Shown: positions 27,197-40,773 of the stretch, piece after piece
Layout: every line of letters begins with the position of its first letter
How positions within the stretch are numbered: the stretch's first letter is position 1
NCBI GenBank assembly: GCA_001724265.1
Contig: MEDY01000001.1
Coordinates: 62,001-126,000, forward strand
Direction of reading: 5' to 3'
Length of the DNA stretch: 64,000 bases
From: Rhizaria sp. SCN 62-66
Taxonomy: Eukaryota
Position numbers and translations under genes: made by a program
The notes under the pieces: model-generated
Told to the model about the DNA's origin: nothing
Database searches by the model: none
The model's input: only the letters and a program-made list of their open reading frames with translations

Positions 27197-29641
27197 ATGC
27201 ACCGCTCAATCTCCACTCTCGCGTCATCGTCCTCAACCTCACTCTTCCGCCTGGCCCGTCTCGGCCGCCACTTGCCTCAGCAACAACGCCACTCGCTTGT
27301 GCGCACACGTGTTGGCTTTCTTGCGACTCCCGTGACTATTGTACTATCGCAGCCTGCACGGCACCAATACACTCGCACATCGACAACAACGACAACATCC
27401 ACAGATGCCTCCTCTGCTGCTGCTGTTGAGACAGCTCTAGTGACGACGGACCCGGACGCCGCAGCTTTGGCACTGCGCGCGCCTTCCATGCTCGCGACAG
27501 CACCTGTTGTTGCCCCACTGTCGGCAGCTTTGACTGCGTTTGAACCCACATCTTCAGCTACGTCTGCCTCAGCCTCAGTCTCTGCATCTGCCTCCGTTGC
27601 CTCACAGTCCACCGACACCACGGACTCAGTGACTCTGTCGTCGGCCACTGACATGGTTGCACACCGCGCTCACGGGCACAGTGACTCCCATAGTTCCCGT
27701 AGCACGGACCCGCGGGTTGCTGAGCTCTACGCGTCGCCGGCCGACGCCGCGGCCGCCGCAGCCGCATACGCTTCTGCCGTCACGCCCGCGCTGCGGCCCG
27801 TGACCTCTGCCTCTGCTCTGCGCGCGCACCGCTATTTGTGCTCTTTCACGCCGCTTTTCGACTTGGAGCAGGCGGCGTTGACTAAGGCCGCGAGCGCTCT
27901 TGCGCTCATTCGCAGGAACAGAAGCAGTGACAACAAACACATGACTGCGAAGACACCCACTTCTGATGCTGCATCTACTGCTGCTGTAGACTCGTCTGCG
28001 GTCGGCTATCTCGGTGCCTTCGCGCTCTATCTGCCCCGCGACATCAGCAAACTCACCGCTGCCGCCGCAGCTTTGGCCCCCGCTGCGAGTCCGACTGCGG
28101 CTGCTGCAACGGCAACACCGCTGGCGTCAGCTGTGCCGGATAGCGCGCCCCTGACCCCCGACAGCGTCGCACTGCTTGTTGACGCCGACCTTTTGACACA
28201 GGCGTCGGAAACAACAACTGCATCAGCCATCGACCGCGGCTACGAGTCTAGCTCTGGCTCTAGCTCGAGTTTTAGTAGCTCAGGAAAGCGTCGTCGCAAG
28301 GCATCGGCGATGTCTCCGGCTGCGGCTGCGCTCAAGGCCGGCTTAACTAAGTTCATCCTGCGAACGCACCCTGACTTTATCGCGCATACCTCGATCGAGA
28401 CCAATTCTGACACCGACGCATCATCGTATAGCACAGGCTCTGGCTCAGGCTCTGCTTCGACTGCGGCGGTTACCGGTGGCTCTGATAGCGAAGGCACTGT
28501 CGCTGCCAACGCGGCGGCGCCGTCTCTGGCAGCGGTGGCAGCGTCAAACGCGCAGAACTTAAGCCGCCTACTGGGGTTTCTCGAGTCAGCCAAGGCGGGG
28601 CTCACGCGGAGGGAGGCGCTGCGGCTTGACTTTTTCGTCCGCGTCCACGTGTACCGCAATCCGTTGTATGACCCGCAATATAATCCTCTTCGCGACCCCC
28701 ATTATGCCGCAGCCGCAGCGGTTGGCGCGGGTTCCGAGTCAAATCCTGGCATGAGTACTGTGAGTGACCTCATGAGTACTGCCACGGGTGACACTACGAG
28801 TCACAGCACGAGTGTCAATGTCGACAGTACCAGTGCAAGTGCAGACGCTGATGCTGATGCTGAAGTTGATGTTAGTGCAAGTGCGATGCGACGGCTGATC
28901 GACGGCAGTAGCAACTATCGTCCCAGCTCTCTCAGCGACACAGGTGACACTCATGGCGCTACACAGTCGCTGTCCCAGTCACAGTCATGCACAGAGCGTC
29001 TCACTCATGGTGCCTCCAGTTCCAGTCCTAGTCACACTCCTGCTCACGGTCAGGGTGGCGCTCACAGCCACGGTCGCTTGCCCGGCCAAATGCACCCCGC
29101 CCGGTGTGCCGCGGGCGGCGCGTCGCCCCTGGCCATCGCGGCCCACCGGCGCTCTCACGTGGCGTTGATCGGCGACCTCGTGCGCCGCCTCGCGCTGCCA
29201 TGGCCGTCGCACTTGCGCGGCGACGGGCAGCAGTCTGACTCGGAGACTGCAGGAGCACCGTTGTCGACGTCCTCACAGGCGCAGGCGCAGGCGCAGTCGG
29301 CCGACAACTCCACGCCAGGCCGTAACGGCGCCGCTACGACCGGCAGCGGCTCGGGCGGCGGCGTGGAGTACAAGTGGGAAGGCCACTACGTGCCGCCCCC
29401 GTCCCCGGCCTTCCCGTTCGTGCTGGTCCGCACTGTGCTCGCGACGCAGCCGCTGCGGCGGCCGTCGCTGCTGCGCGCGGGCGCCCCGCTTGACCCGGCC
29501 GACTGGGCGCAGCGCAGGGACGTGCGCGGCCGTTTGCTGGGGCTGCTGGCCGACGCGGGCGTGCCCGTCGCGGCCGCGGTGCTCGAGCCGGGGGTCGACC
29601 CGCTCGACGGGCTGGGGTTCGGCGGTGGCGCGGTCGACTAA
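27197..29641 (+). CDS. Probable mitochondrial DUF4460/TCAIM-like (HPD motif, J-domain-related) protein with low-complexity insertions (~814 aa)
   Basis: First ATG at 27197 gives presequence-like MHRSISTLASSSSTSLFRLARLGR. ALKAGLTKFILRTHPDF..[insert]..SNAQNLSRLLGFLES..LRLDFFVR resembles the DUF4460 pattern ALRPFYFAVHPDFF..NENSLKRLSVYLE..LTFYVR. Stop TAA. Confidence 0.65.
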   Translation: MHRSISTLASSSSTSLFRLARLGRHLPQQQRHSLVRTRVGFLATPVTIVLSQPARHQYTRTSTTTTTSTDASSAAAVETALVTTDPDAAALALRAPSMLATAPVVAPLSAALTAFEPTSSATSASASVSASASVASQSTDTTDSVTLSSATDMVAHRAHGHSDSHSSRSTDPRVAELYASPADAAAAAAAYASAVTPALRPVTSASALRAHRYLCSFTPLFDLEQAALTKAASALALIRRNRSSDNKHMTAKTPTSDAASTAAVDSSAVGYLGAFALYLPRDISKLTAAAAALAPAASPTAAAATATPLASAVPDSAPLTPDSVALLVDADLLTQASETTTASAIDRGYESSSGSSSSFSSSGKRRRKASAMSPAAAALKAGLTKFILRTHPDFIAHTSIETNSDTDASSYSTGSGSGSASTAAVTGGSDSEGTVAANAAAPSLAAVAASNAQNLSRLLGFLESAKAGLTRREALRLDFFVRVHVYRNPLYDPQYNPLRDPHYAAAAAVGAGSESNPGMSTVSDLMSTATGDTTSHSTSVNVDSTSASADADADAEVDVSASAMRRLIDGSSNYRPSSLSDTGDTHGATQSLSQSQSCTERLTHGASSSSPSHTPAHGQGGAHSHGRLPGQMHPARCAAGGASPLAIAAHRRSHVALIGDLVRRLALPWPSHLRGDGQQSDSETAGAPLSTSSQAQAQAQSADNSTPGRNGAATTGSGSGGGVEYKWEGHYVPPPSPAFPFVLVRTVLATQPLRRPSLLRAGAPLDPADWAQRRDVRGRLLGLLADAGVPVAAAVLEPGVDPLDGLGFGGGAVD

Positions 29642-30161
29642 GAGATCAAGAGAGACGCTGCGAGTTGGGTTAAACATAAAAAGTATTTATTTGATTAAGT
29701 AAGAATCACCATTTGCCCAAGGGCATAATATTTAGAAGAATAAACACACTTTTGAGTGACATCTACATGAAAGTGAGTTGTTACGAACAGTGACTCGGTG
29801 ACGTGCCTTTGTGGCGGCAGGGCGACCTTCTGCAGGCGCTCTCGCGAGCCAGCTTCGTGCACAGATTCTAACTAGGATTTTCTGCTCTGGAGCACGACTG
29901 TTTTGATTTTAATTGCGCCGCCCCGCAATAAATCTACACGGAATACTTATTATTTCTATAATGCATCAACTGCTTGAACTTACACCTATGATATTCGTGT
30001 GGATTCGCCCCTTCCTTCTCGCGCTTCGCTCTTCCCTTGTCACCCTTCGTTAGTCGTGCGACACACTTCACGTATTAAAACCCAAGGCACGCAACACTTT
30101 TTTATAGCCACAACACACACGGAGGTGTATAGAACGCACTCCAGCAGTCTATAACCACCCG

Positions 30162-33100
30162 ATGTTCGGTCGCCTCGCCGCGCTGGCGGGCGGCAAGACG
30201 CCCACTAAGCCGTCTGCATCTCCGCCGCCGGCCTCCCCCGCCACCGGCGGGCCCATGAGTCCTTACACAGCGCCCCTGAGCCCGCCCATGGCCAAGTTTA
30301 CGCTCTTGGGCCCCGGCGCGCCCGATGCGACCACGCCCGCGCTGGGCCCCGCGTCCCCGCCCTTCCCCGCAGTCGGTGCCGGCTCTACTGCTGCTGCTGC
30401 TGCTTCAGCAGCAGCTGGGACGAACAGCAACGCACCCCCGATGCATCACCACATGATGATGCCGCCGGGCGCGTCCGGTGGCCCGCCTGCGCCGCAGTCG
30501 CGGTCCTTCTCAGGCGCCCACTCGCCGCCCACGGGTCCGCACGTCTTCCCCCAGCCCTTCGAGCTCGAGGCCGACGCCGCCGTCTTCTCTGACAACGCGA
30601 CGGCCTCCTCTGCCGCCGCCGCGGGGGTTCTTGCGCGCGCGAGCCCGCCGCCGTGCGAAGAATTGGCCCAGAGTGGCGTGCCGCTGGGATGGACGTCGTC
30701 GTCGCTGCTGTCGTACCAGCTGCCGCCCGCCGTCTTCCTCCCCGGCGGTGGGCTGGGAGTGAATGTCGACGCCTTTGACGCGTACGCACCCGCCCGTGCA
30801 CACGCGCGTGCCGTCCTGACCGTCGCCGCCGCCGACGCTGCCGCGGCACTTGCGCCCCCCGCCACAGCATCCTCTGCTGGCGCTGGCGCTTGTGAGGCTG
30901 AGCCTGCCCTGCGGCTCTCCTCGTCTGCGACCACCACACTGCCCGCTCAGGGCCTTTCGTCTGCGCAGGTGCTCCACGCGCTTGCGCCCTCGACCTCAAC
31001 CCCCGCCTCCGCCTCCGGCATTGGCGCGCGCGCGTACGCCGTGGCGCCGGCCCCGTTGCACGCGACGCGCACGACGGTGTTGCCCTCTGCCTCGCGCCCC
31101 GGCGAACGCCTAACTGTTACCACGACCAGCCTCGCGTCGGACGCGGCCGCCCGCACCGCGCTACCGCGCGCGCCGCCCGCCGTGCTGTCCGCGCGCCGCC
31201 ACGCGCCGCTGCGCACCGCGCAGGGCCGGTTTCTGCCCGCGGTGCCGCGGTACGCGTCCCCGCTCGACGCGCTGGTGCTGCAGCAGGCACAGGCGCACGC
31301 CGCGGCCGCGCTAGGCTCCAACTCAGCCTCAGCCTCCGCAGCAACAACAGCAGCAGCGTCCACCTCTGCGTCTGTTGCGGCTGCGCGTAAGCTTAAGACT
31401 GCGTGTCTGATCTTAGTAACGTGTCTGAACTTCGGCGTCGACCCGCCTGAGGGCGCGCGCCCTACTGGCGGTCTGCCACTTGAGGCCTGGACGCCCGTGC
31501 CGCCGTCGCAGGCGGACGTGATGGCGATGCTTTCAACGCCGGGCGGCGGCGGCGTGTGGAGCCACCTCTACGGCGGCGGCGACACCGACGATCCGGCCGT
31601 GCTCGCTGCTAATGCAAACGCCGTCTCTAACGCCGGTCCAGGAGCGCGGTCTGGCGCGGCGGCCGGCGCACACCCGGCGTCGCCGCTGAGCCACGTGCCG
31701 ACCGCTGCGGCGGCGTTGACGGCCGTGGCGGACTCGCTGCAGACGCTCTACACAGCGATGCAGCCAGGCAAGACCCGCGCCAAGACGCTGCTGGACCCGA
31801 CGGCGACCGAGGTCAAGAAGGTCTGCGCAGCGATGCGACGGCTGGCCAAGGGCGACCGCGTGCTCGTGCATCTCCACGGTCACGGCGTTCCGCGGCCGAC
31901 GACCAAGGGCGAGCTGTGGGTGTTCAACAAGGATTTCACGCAGTACGTCCCAATCCTCGCGTTTGATCTGCAGAACTGGCTCGCGGGCCCCGGCATTGTG
32001 GTCGTCGAGTCCAGCAACGCCGGCCGCGTCGTCACGGCCTGGGGCTACTACGCACGGCAGAAGCACGCCGAGGCGCTGCGCCACGGCGACGCCGCCAAGG
32101 CCGCGGCCGCGGAGGACATGCTCGCGACGGTGCTCTTCGGCGCGTGCGGCGGCAGCGAGTCGATTCCTTCGGTGCCGGGTCTCCCACTCGACGTCTTTAC
32201 GGCGACGCTGACGAACCCGATTGTGATGTCGCTCGCCGTGCGCGCGCGCGCGCTCCCGCGGTTCCGCCACCTCGCGCTGCGCGACCTCCAGCGCGTTCCG
32301 GGCGCCGCTACAGAGCGCGGGACCATGCTTGGCCACCTCACCTGGGTGCTCACCGCGGTCGCAGACGCGGCGGCGTGGTCCACGGTCCCGTTGGAACTCT
32401 TCCAGACGTGTTTCCGCGACGAAGTGATGCTGGCGACGCTGTTCCGCCACTTTCTCGTCGCGCAACGCGTCGTGTACGCCGTCTCTGGCGGCGCCGCGCT
32501 GCCCGTGTCGGCGCCCGCGCTGCCCGCGGCCACTGCGCTGAAGCATCCGCTGTGGGCCGAATGGGACGCCGCGCTCGACTCGGCGCTGGAGCAGCTTGCC
32601 GCCGCCGTCGCCGCGGAGAAGGCCGACGCCGAGCGCGCGAAGAAGCTCCGCGAGAGCCAGCCTCTGCACCATCATACTTGCTCGCAGCAACAACAGCAAC
32701 AGCAGCAGACGGAGGCCAAGAGCGACATCGCGACCCCTGGAGCGTCCGAGTCGTCCTCCTCCGCGGCGCTGTTAACCTCGCAGGCGTCGTTCGCCGCCAC
32801 TGCGGGCGAGAGCAGCGCCGGCGCGACTGCGACGGCGACAGCAACTGCAGCCACCGCTGCCGTTGCGAGCGGGCCGCGGCCGATCGTGCCGTTGACGCTG
32901 CCGACACCGTTCGTGCACTCGCCTTTTTTCGCGAACTGCGTCTCCACGATCGAGCTCTGGCTCGCGGTTACGCCTGCGCTGCACTCGTACGAACCCATGA
33001 CCGTGCGTACCCCCGGCACCGCCCCGGGCGCCGGCGCGACGTACACCGTCGGCCCGCCGCAGCGGCCGCAGGCGCCGTCTGCGCTGCCGGCCGTGCTGCC

Positions 33101-36100
33101 CGTGATGCTGCAGCTGCTGCTGGCGACGGCGCACCGGCGCAAGGCGCTGCTGCTGCTGGCAGCGTTCCTCGCCAAGGGCGCGTGGGCCGTCGACGTCGCC
33201 ATCAGTATCGGCGTGCTGCCGTACGTGCGCCGGCTGCTGCAGGCTAACGACCCCGCGTTCCGCGACGTGCTCGTGGTTATCACTGCGCTCATGGCCGCCG
33301 CGCGCCCCGCGACGGTGATGGACGACTTGCTACGCTACGGCGGGCAGCAGTTCTTCGTGTCGTACCTCGAGAGTGCGCTGAGGGCGATCGGCGACGACGA
33401 CGCGGCGCGCGACGCGGACGACCTCCGGCTCAGCGAGGCACCCGTCGCCGCCACTGTCGCCGCCGCCGCTGCCGCCGCCGCTGCCGCTGCTGCGGGTGGC
33501 GATTGCTCGTCGTCGGGCTCTGACGACGAGAGCGACGCCAGCGACGACGGCGCCCACCCCGCTGCTTCTGCCGCCGCCGCCGCTGCCGCCGCCGCTGCGG
33601 ACGGGACGAACTTGCTCGACACGACCGCGGGCGACGCCGACAGCCTCAACATCTCGCTCTGCATGCCCGCGGGCCGCTCTGGCGCGAGCGCGGGCGCGAG
33701 CGTTAGAGGGACCCCCGCGCGCGCGCGCGCGTACGCCGCGGCGATGGACGTGGCGCTGACGTCGACCTCGGGCGAAGTCTTCGGCGGCTTTAACGGCGCC
33801 GGCGCAAGTCTGAGACCGCGCGGGGCCCGCGCCATCGGCTCCGGGCTCAGCGCGCTCGGCACCGGCAGCGGCATCGGCGGTGGCGGCGGCAGCGGACAGC
33901 TGCACAGCACTGGCGGCCCCGACGATGACTTGTCGCCGGTGCTGATGCCGCGCGGCAGTCTCGGCGCGCTCCCGCTGCGGCTGCACGCGCCCGTCGCGTC
34001 CGCAGCGAACGCGGTCGCTGGCAATGGCGCCGGCTGGAAGGGAGCGGCAGCACTGCTGCCCGGGTCGAACTCGACCTCGGCCTCCGATTCCGCCAGCGCC
34101 GCCGCGTCGGCTGAGTCTGGCGGCGCTGCCGCGGACGCGGCTCAGTCCGCCGCTGGTGCCACTGGCACTGACACTTCGGCTGCGATTGTTGCGGTGCAGG
34201 CCATTCGGTCACGCTCACAGTCGCGGTCGCGCACGCGCTTCGCCGGCGCTGCCTCCAACGGCGCCGAGTCTGGCCGCAATCGCGGCCGCGGCGGCGGCGC
34301 ATCCTCTTCTCTGCCGCCGCTGCCGCCGCTGCCGCCGCTGTCGGCGCTGTGTTCGCCGCTGCCCGACATGCTTGAGCACGCGATGCGCGCGTGGGGCATC
34401 CCCGTACTGCCCCCCGTCGTTGCGCCGCCCTCGATGGCCGCCGGCAGCATCGCGCCCGCGCCCGTCGCCGGCCCCGGCCTCGCCCCGTCGTCCTCCGCGG
34501 CCGTCACCAGCGCCAACAATGCCGGCGACGCGGTGGTTCCGCGCCCGTCGTTCGCGGGCGGCGACCTCCCCGGTCTGCGTCGCCCCGCTGCGCTCTCCGC
34601 CTCGGTCTCGGGCGCCGGACAGGGCTCCGCGGGCGGCGCGGGCGCGTCGTCGTCGTCGGCGAGCGTTGACCCTTACGCCAGTCTGTCGGGCCCTACAGCG
34701 CCGCTGGTCACCGCCCTCGTCTCGCACTTGGTGCTGCCCGCGGACGGAGGGTTCTACGCTGCGCTGTCGCCGCCTGCCCCTGCGATCCCCCGCAGCGTCG
34801 TCATCCGCGCGGGCCAGCCGCAGTCGCAGCAAAGCAGTTCCGGGTCAAGCCACCGCAAGCACCGCCGTCGCCCGCGCCTCAGTCCCGCTCAGAGCGGCAA
34901 CAGCGCTGAGACGGCTTTGACAGCGACCGCGGGGAACGGCGCCGGCGCGCATGTGCTTGCTGGCGCCGCAGCGTCTGCCTGCGGTCTGCGCGCGCTACTC
35001 TCCGCGTCGTCGCCCGCACACGCGCACCAGCTGCTATTGGCACACACAAGCGCGCTCCCGGGCCAAGTGCCGCCCGTGACGGTGCTGCCGTCGCCCGCGC
35101 TGGCGGCGCGCCTGACGACGCGCTCGCTGCTCTGGCACTACCACCACGCGCTCACGGCGCCGCTTGCGCGGGTGAGCCGCGAGGCCAGCGACGCGGCCGA
35201 CGCAGCGCTCGCTGCGCCCGCGCCCGCGGCCGCGCTCGCCGGGTTTATCGCGCGCCGCGTCGCCGCTCGCCACCGTGCGCCTGCTGCTGCTGCACCCGCG
35301 CTGATTGCAAGCAACGCCGCTGCGCCTGCGGCCGCTGTCGCGGCGCCACTGCTGGACGTGAGTCTGCTTGACGCCAGCATGGGCTCGCCCTGGCCCGGCG
35401 CCGCTAGAGCCACTGACGCCAGCGCTGCTCTGCCCACCGCGACCTCCGCGACTGCGGCTGAGACTGACGCTGCGCCGAATGGCGCGGCCGCAGCCGCGGT
35501 AGAGCACGACGGCGACGTGTGCTCCGCGTCCGAGGCCGGGCTGGAGGGCCTGGGCGCGTCGCCGCAGCTGATCGCGATGTCGTTCTTCGTGCTCACCATG
35601 ATGGTCAACTCGCAGATGCCCATCTCCGCCACCACAGGCACCGGCGCGCTCCCGCCGCAGCCCGCGCAGACCGCCACCGCCAACGCCGCCGCGGGCGACG
35701 CGGCGTCCGCTGACTCTGCGACCGCTGGCGGCACCAATGGTGGCGCGACGCCGGGCGCCACCAACCCGACCTCTCCGGGCTCGGCCTCCGCCGCGGCCGC
35801 TGCTGCGAAGCTGCCGACCGCGCGGTCGGTGGACCGGCTGATTTTTTCCGTCCCGCTGCTGCCGCTGCTACACGCGTATCTCACGCACCCCAACTTCGCG
35901 CACGCGCAGAGCAACCCGCTGGTGTCGACCTGGGTACTCGTGTGCGCGGGTACCGTCTGGGCGCAGTCTGAGCTCGCCAAGGCGCGCGCATTCGCATCCG
36001 CGCCGTTGCCTTCGTGCCCTGGCGCGCTGATCGAGACGCTGCAGCGGTCCGCCTCGGCGCTCTCCACAGGGCTCCGCGGCGTGAACGGCAACGACTGCAC

Positions 36101-39100
36101 GGGCGCCGCCGCCAGCGAAGTGCCGTTCTCCGCCTACTCGGCGGGCACGGCGGCGTGCGCGCACTGCCCCTACTGCTCGACGCCCGCGCCCGGCTTCGAC
36201 ACGCGCTCCACTGCCTCCGGCGCCGTTGTGACCGACGCCGACGCCGTGCTGTGCGCTACTGTCGCGCCCAGCAGCGTCGCGTCCGCGTTCTCGGCCGTGC
36301 CCGCGCCGCTGGCCGTCACGCCCGCCGCGTCGGCCTCGGTCCCCATCGGCGGCGCGTCCGCGCAGCCCACCACGCTCACGGTCCCGCTGGCCATGCCATC
36401 GCTCACCGCCACGGCCAGCGCGACGGCGGGCGGCGCGCCGGGCTCCGCTGCTGCTGCGGCGGCGGCGGCTGCGGCGGCCGCGACGGTGGCCACGACGGCT
36501 GAGTCCGACGCCGCGATCGTGCTACCCGTGCCGAGATGCGTGTCATCGGCGCTGGGCCGCGCGTTCGGACCCGCGGCTGCGCTGGCGGCGGGCACCACGG
36601 GCGCTGCGCCGCTGCTGCCGCTGCCCAAGGGTGCAGTGCCGCTGCAGCTGTGTCTGCCGATGCCGCCGATGCCGTACCCGTTTTACCACCACCCGCGTTC
36701 GCACCCGCACTGCGACGTCCCGTTGCGTCTTCTGATCGAGCCTTCTCCTACCTCTGCCTCCGCCTCTGCGTCCGCATCTACAGGACAAGCTCACCGCAAC
36801 AGTCGCAGCAAGAACAGTGCGCCCGCGGTGCGCGTGGCGACGGAGCGAACGGTGGGCTTCCTGTACCGCGAATCGGCCCCGACCGGCCTGCTGGACGCCG
36901 TGGCGGCCCTGCTGTCGCACGCGGCGCCGCAGGTGCGCGCCACGGCCGTGTGGGCGCTGGGCACGTTCATCACGCCGCCCACGGTTGTTAACACGCCGCA
37001 GCAGCACGCCGCCGCGCTCGCCACGGCCGCCACGGCGGGCGTCGAGTCGATCACGTGGCCCGACCAGTTCGGCGTCACGTACGCCGAGGTCTCGCCTTCG
37101 CTACCGCTGCCCGCGCCCGCATTCGGCGCGCACGCTGCCGTCGCCCCTGGCGCCGCCACAGTGTCCAACGGCGGCGCTGCTGCAGCGGCGGTGCCCGGGA
37201 TGCCCCACGCCACGCTGGTGCGGCTGCGGCGCGCGGCGATCGCCGGCGAGGACGGCTCGGCGGCGGCGCGCACGGACGCGCTGGCGCAACAGATCCTGCA
37301 GCAACAGGCCGCCAACGACGCCGCCGCGACGGCTGCCGCGCTCTCTAACGAGAACGCTGTCGCCGCGACGACGAACGCCCTACCGAGCGCAGTCTCGGGC
37401 GCGTCTGCCACGGCATCGCAGGCGCCTTCTCCTTCGTCGTCGCCGCCGCCCTTCGCGCGCGCTCTCAACATGTCCTGGGCTGGCGCTCCTTCCGCCAACG
37501 GCGCCGCAAGTGCTTCTGGCGCGAGCGCTAACGGCGCCGGCGCCGGTGTGTCGGCCTCGCCCGTGCGCCCGCGCTCCGGCGACAGTTCGCGGCCACCCGC
37601 CCCGGTCGCGACGACCGCGTTGGGCCCGCCGAGCATGGGGCTGCTGAACATCAACATCCAGACCGACAGTGGCGCGCCGAGCCCGCGGCCGACGCCCGGG
37701 ACGACTAGAAATGCCGGTCCGGTCAGCCCCACGGGCTACGGCCCCGCCGACGCGTTCATCATGTCGCCCATCAACGGCGGCGGCGGTGCGGCGGCTGACG
37801 GCGCGCCTGCGGGGTCGTTCTTCCCGCCGCCGTCAACCACCGCGGCTGCGACGAATGCAGGGGCCCGCAAGGCCGCGCCCACGCCCGCGGGCGCCACAGC
37901 CCCATCGCACGCGCTGCTCGTGCCCGCGGCGGCCAGCGTCTCCGTCTCCGCGTCCGGCGTCGGCCCGTCGCCCTCGCCGTCGCCCCCGCCCGCCGCGGCC
38001 GCCGCGGCCGCCGCCACCGCTGCCCCTTCGGCCGAGGCCGCTGCCGCCGCCGCCGCCGCTCTAGCCGCCGCAGCCGGCGCGCCGCTGCCGCTCGCAGACC
38101 CTGCGCTGAGCGCGGGCGCGCCGCTGCGCCGCGTGCGCGAGGCCGCCGTGATGGGCGTGCTCGCACGGCGTCTGCGCGACGGCTCTTCACTGGTGCGCCA
38201 GGAAGCCGTGATCGCGCTGGCGGGCTACGTGCGCGCCAACGTCGGCGAGTTCGCGGCCGCCGTGCTCGCACCGCAGGCGATCGTTGCCGCGACCGCGCGC
38301 ATGCCGTCGATGCCGCTTGCCACCGCGCTGCCCGCCGCCGCCGACTGCGTCACTCCGGGCGCCGCCGCCCCAGAGGCCGGGCAGTACGGCGAAAGCGCGG
38401 CGGCGTCGGTGGCCGCAATGGAGACCCCCGCATCAGCCGTGATGACCGTCGCCGCGGCGCTGCACGCACAGGCGACGCGCACGCTGACGCATCGCATGCA
38501 GCGGCTCGACCTCTCGCTGGCGACGCTGCGGCTGCGCGCGTGGGGCGAGCTCGTGCGCACGGCCGCGGACCCGGACCCAGCTGTGTCGGTCATCGCGGCC
38601 GCGCTGCGCGAGACGGCGCTGCTGCTCTGCGCGGGCACGCCGCTCGCGACGGGGCTGACCGTGCTCGCTCGCGCGTCCACGGCGCCTGGCGAGCCCCTCG
38701 CGGCCGGGCTCTGGATGTCGTCGCTGCCCGCGGTCGTCGCGGAGCACGACCGGGCGTACCGCCGCGCCGCGCTCGCGGGCATTATCGCTGCGTCGCAGGC
38801 CGACGCGGACACCGCCGCTGCCGCCGCATCTGCCGCTGCGTCTGCCGCGGCGTCGTACAACGAAAATGACTACTCCGCTCCGACGCTGGGCGCGCTGGTG
38901 CCGTCAACTCCGCCGCGCGCGCGCGCGACGCTGTACGGCACGAGCGGCATTTCGCTGCCTGGCTCCGCATCCACGTCCGACGGCCCCTCGCGGTCCGCCA
39001 ACACGTCGGTCAACGCGTCGCAGGTGAACCTGCCCGCGCCCGAGGTGCCGGCCTCGCTGTCGACCTCACTCGTCTCGCCGTCGGCCGTCGCAGGCGCGCC

Positions 39101-40721
39101 TGTCTCCGGTGCGCCGACGCGCGCAGGCCACGGCTCTCCCGTCGGGCTGGGCTTCACCCCCCGCACCGGCTACCACGGCGGCGCGGGCGGCGCGGCGGGC
39201 CGCCACACCGAGGCCGCGCTCGCCACCGCCGTCGCCGCGCGGTACACTCTCTTGCGCCGCCAGCTCGCAGCGCTCGACGCGCTGACCGCGGCTGACAGCG
39301 CCACTGCCGCGCGCGCCGCGGCCGCGCTGGGCGTCGCTGGCGCCGCGAGCAACGCAGGCTTTGCGGCCGGGATGGGCGAAAACGCCGCGCTGTCGCCCTT
39401 CGGCTCGTCCAACGCCCCAGCGGGTGGCGGCTACGCGGCCGGTGACGAGGCGCGGATGTACAGTTCGCCGTCAATGTCCCTCGTCGGCGCCGCGGGCTCG
39501 GGCTCCAGCGCGGGCGCGACGCCTGCGCGCGGTCCGGGCGCCGGTCTGGCTTCCGGGACACTGCGCCGTGACGCGTCGCGCGTGGCGCGCAAGTTCTTCG
39601 GAGTTGACCTGACCACGATCCAGCAGCAGACGTCCAACACCATTCCGCCGTCGGTGATGCCAGATCTGGCATTTGAGCTGCTGCAGACGCCCGCGTTTAT
39701 GAATGCGCTGTTGCCGCATCTGCCCACGTCGTCGGCGCCGATGCCGCGCGTTGTCGCTGCTTCTAACAGTGTGTCTGCTTCCGCTGCTGCTCCGACATAC
39801 GCGAGCGATGCTTATGCGACAGCTGTGCAGTGGCCGCCGCGTGCGTTTAACGCCCCCGCACTGCCGACAGGCTTCACCAGTGCCATAAACGCACCGCCTT
39901 CGCAGCCTGTGACCGTCTCCGCGCGCGCGCCGCTCGTCACTGCGCTCGCGCTCGCGGGCGGCGGCGTTGCAGCGCTATCGCTGGCCCCTGGCTCGTTGTC
40001 CGGCCTCGTGTCCCTCACCCCTGCGACCGCGCTCATGGCTCAGGGCGCCGCCGCGGCCGCCGCCGAGGGCTCCGCCGCGTCCGCCGCGCCCGGGACGCCC
40101 GCGCCGCTGTTCACGCGCGCCTTCGGGACTCTGACTGGCGGCGTGCTGGGCGGCGGCGTCGTGCCTCGCATCACTGCGTCGACACTCGCGCTCAACGCCA
40201 TTCCGCTCGCGCTCGCGCTGATGCTGCCGGCCAAGGGCACGCTAGGCGCGGGCCCCGCAGCCACGGCGCGCTCCGCCGCGCGGGCGCTATTGACCGGCCC
40301 CGCTGCCCCGCCGCACTCCACACCCTTTGCCGCTGCGAGTGCGAACAGTGACGACGTGGACGGTGAGATCACACACGGCGATCTGCTCCGTGCCGTGCTG
40401 CCCGCCGCGGCCCCCGCTGCGAGCCCGGCGCTCACGGTCACGCGGCCCGGCATTGACGCCGGCTACGGCGCGCCGTCTGTCACCGCATCCGGCAACCACA
40501 GCGGCCGCGGCGGCGACAACCAGGGTCCCGCGGGCGTGCGCTGGCCGACGCTGTCGCCCGCCGAGGCGATTTTGCTGTCGTCGCTGTCGCCGCTGCCTCT
40601 GCACTTCGCGCCCTTCGCGACGGTGCTGACGTCAGCGTCGCTGCCCGCGCTGCCGCTCGCGCGCCCCGAGCCTGTGCCCGCGCCCGGCGCCGCTGCCCCC
40701 GCGACCACGACGTCCAGCAGT

Positions 40722-40773
<52 letters not shown>

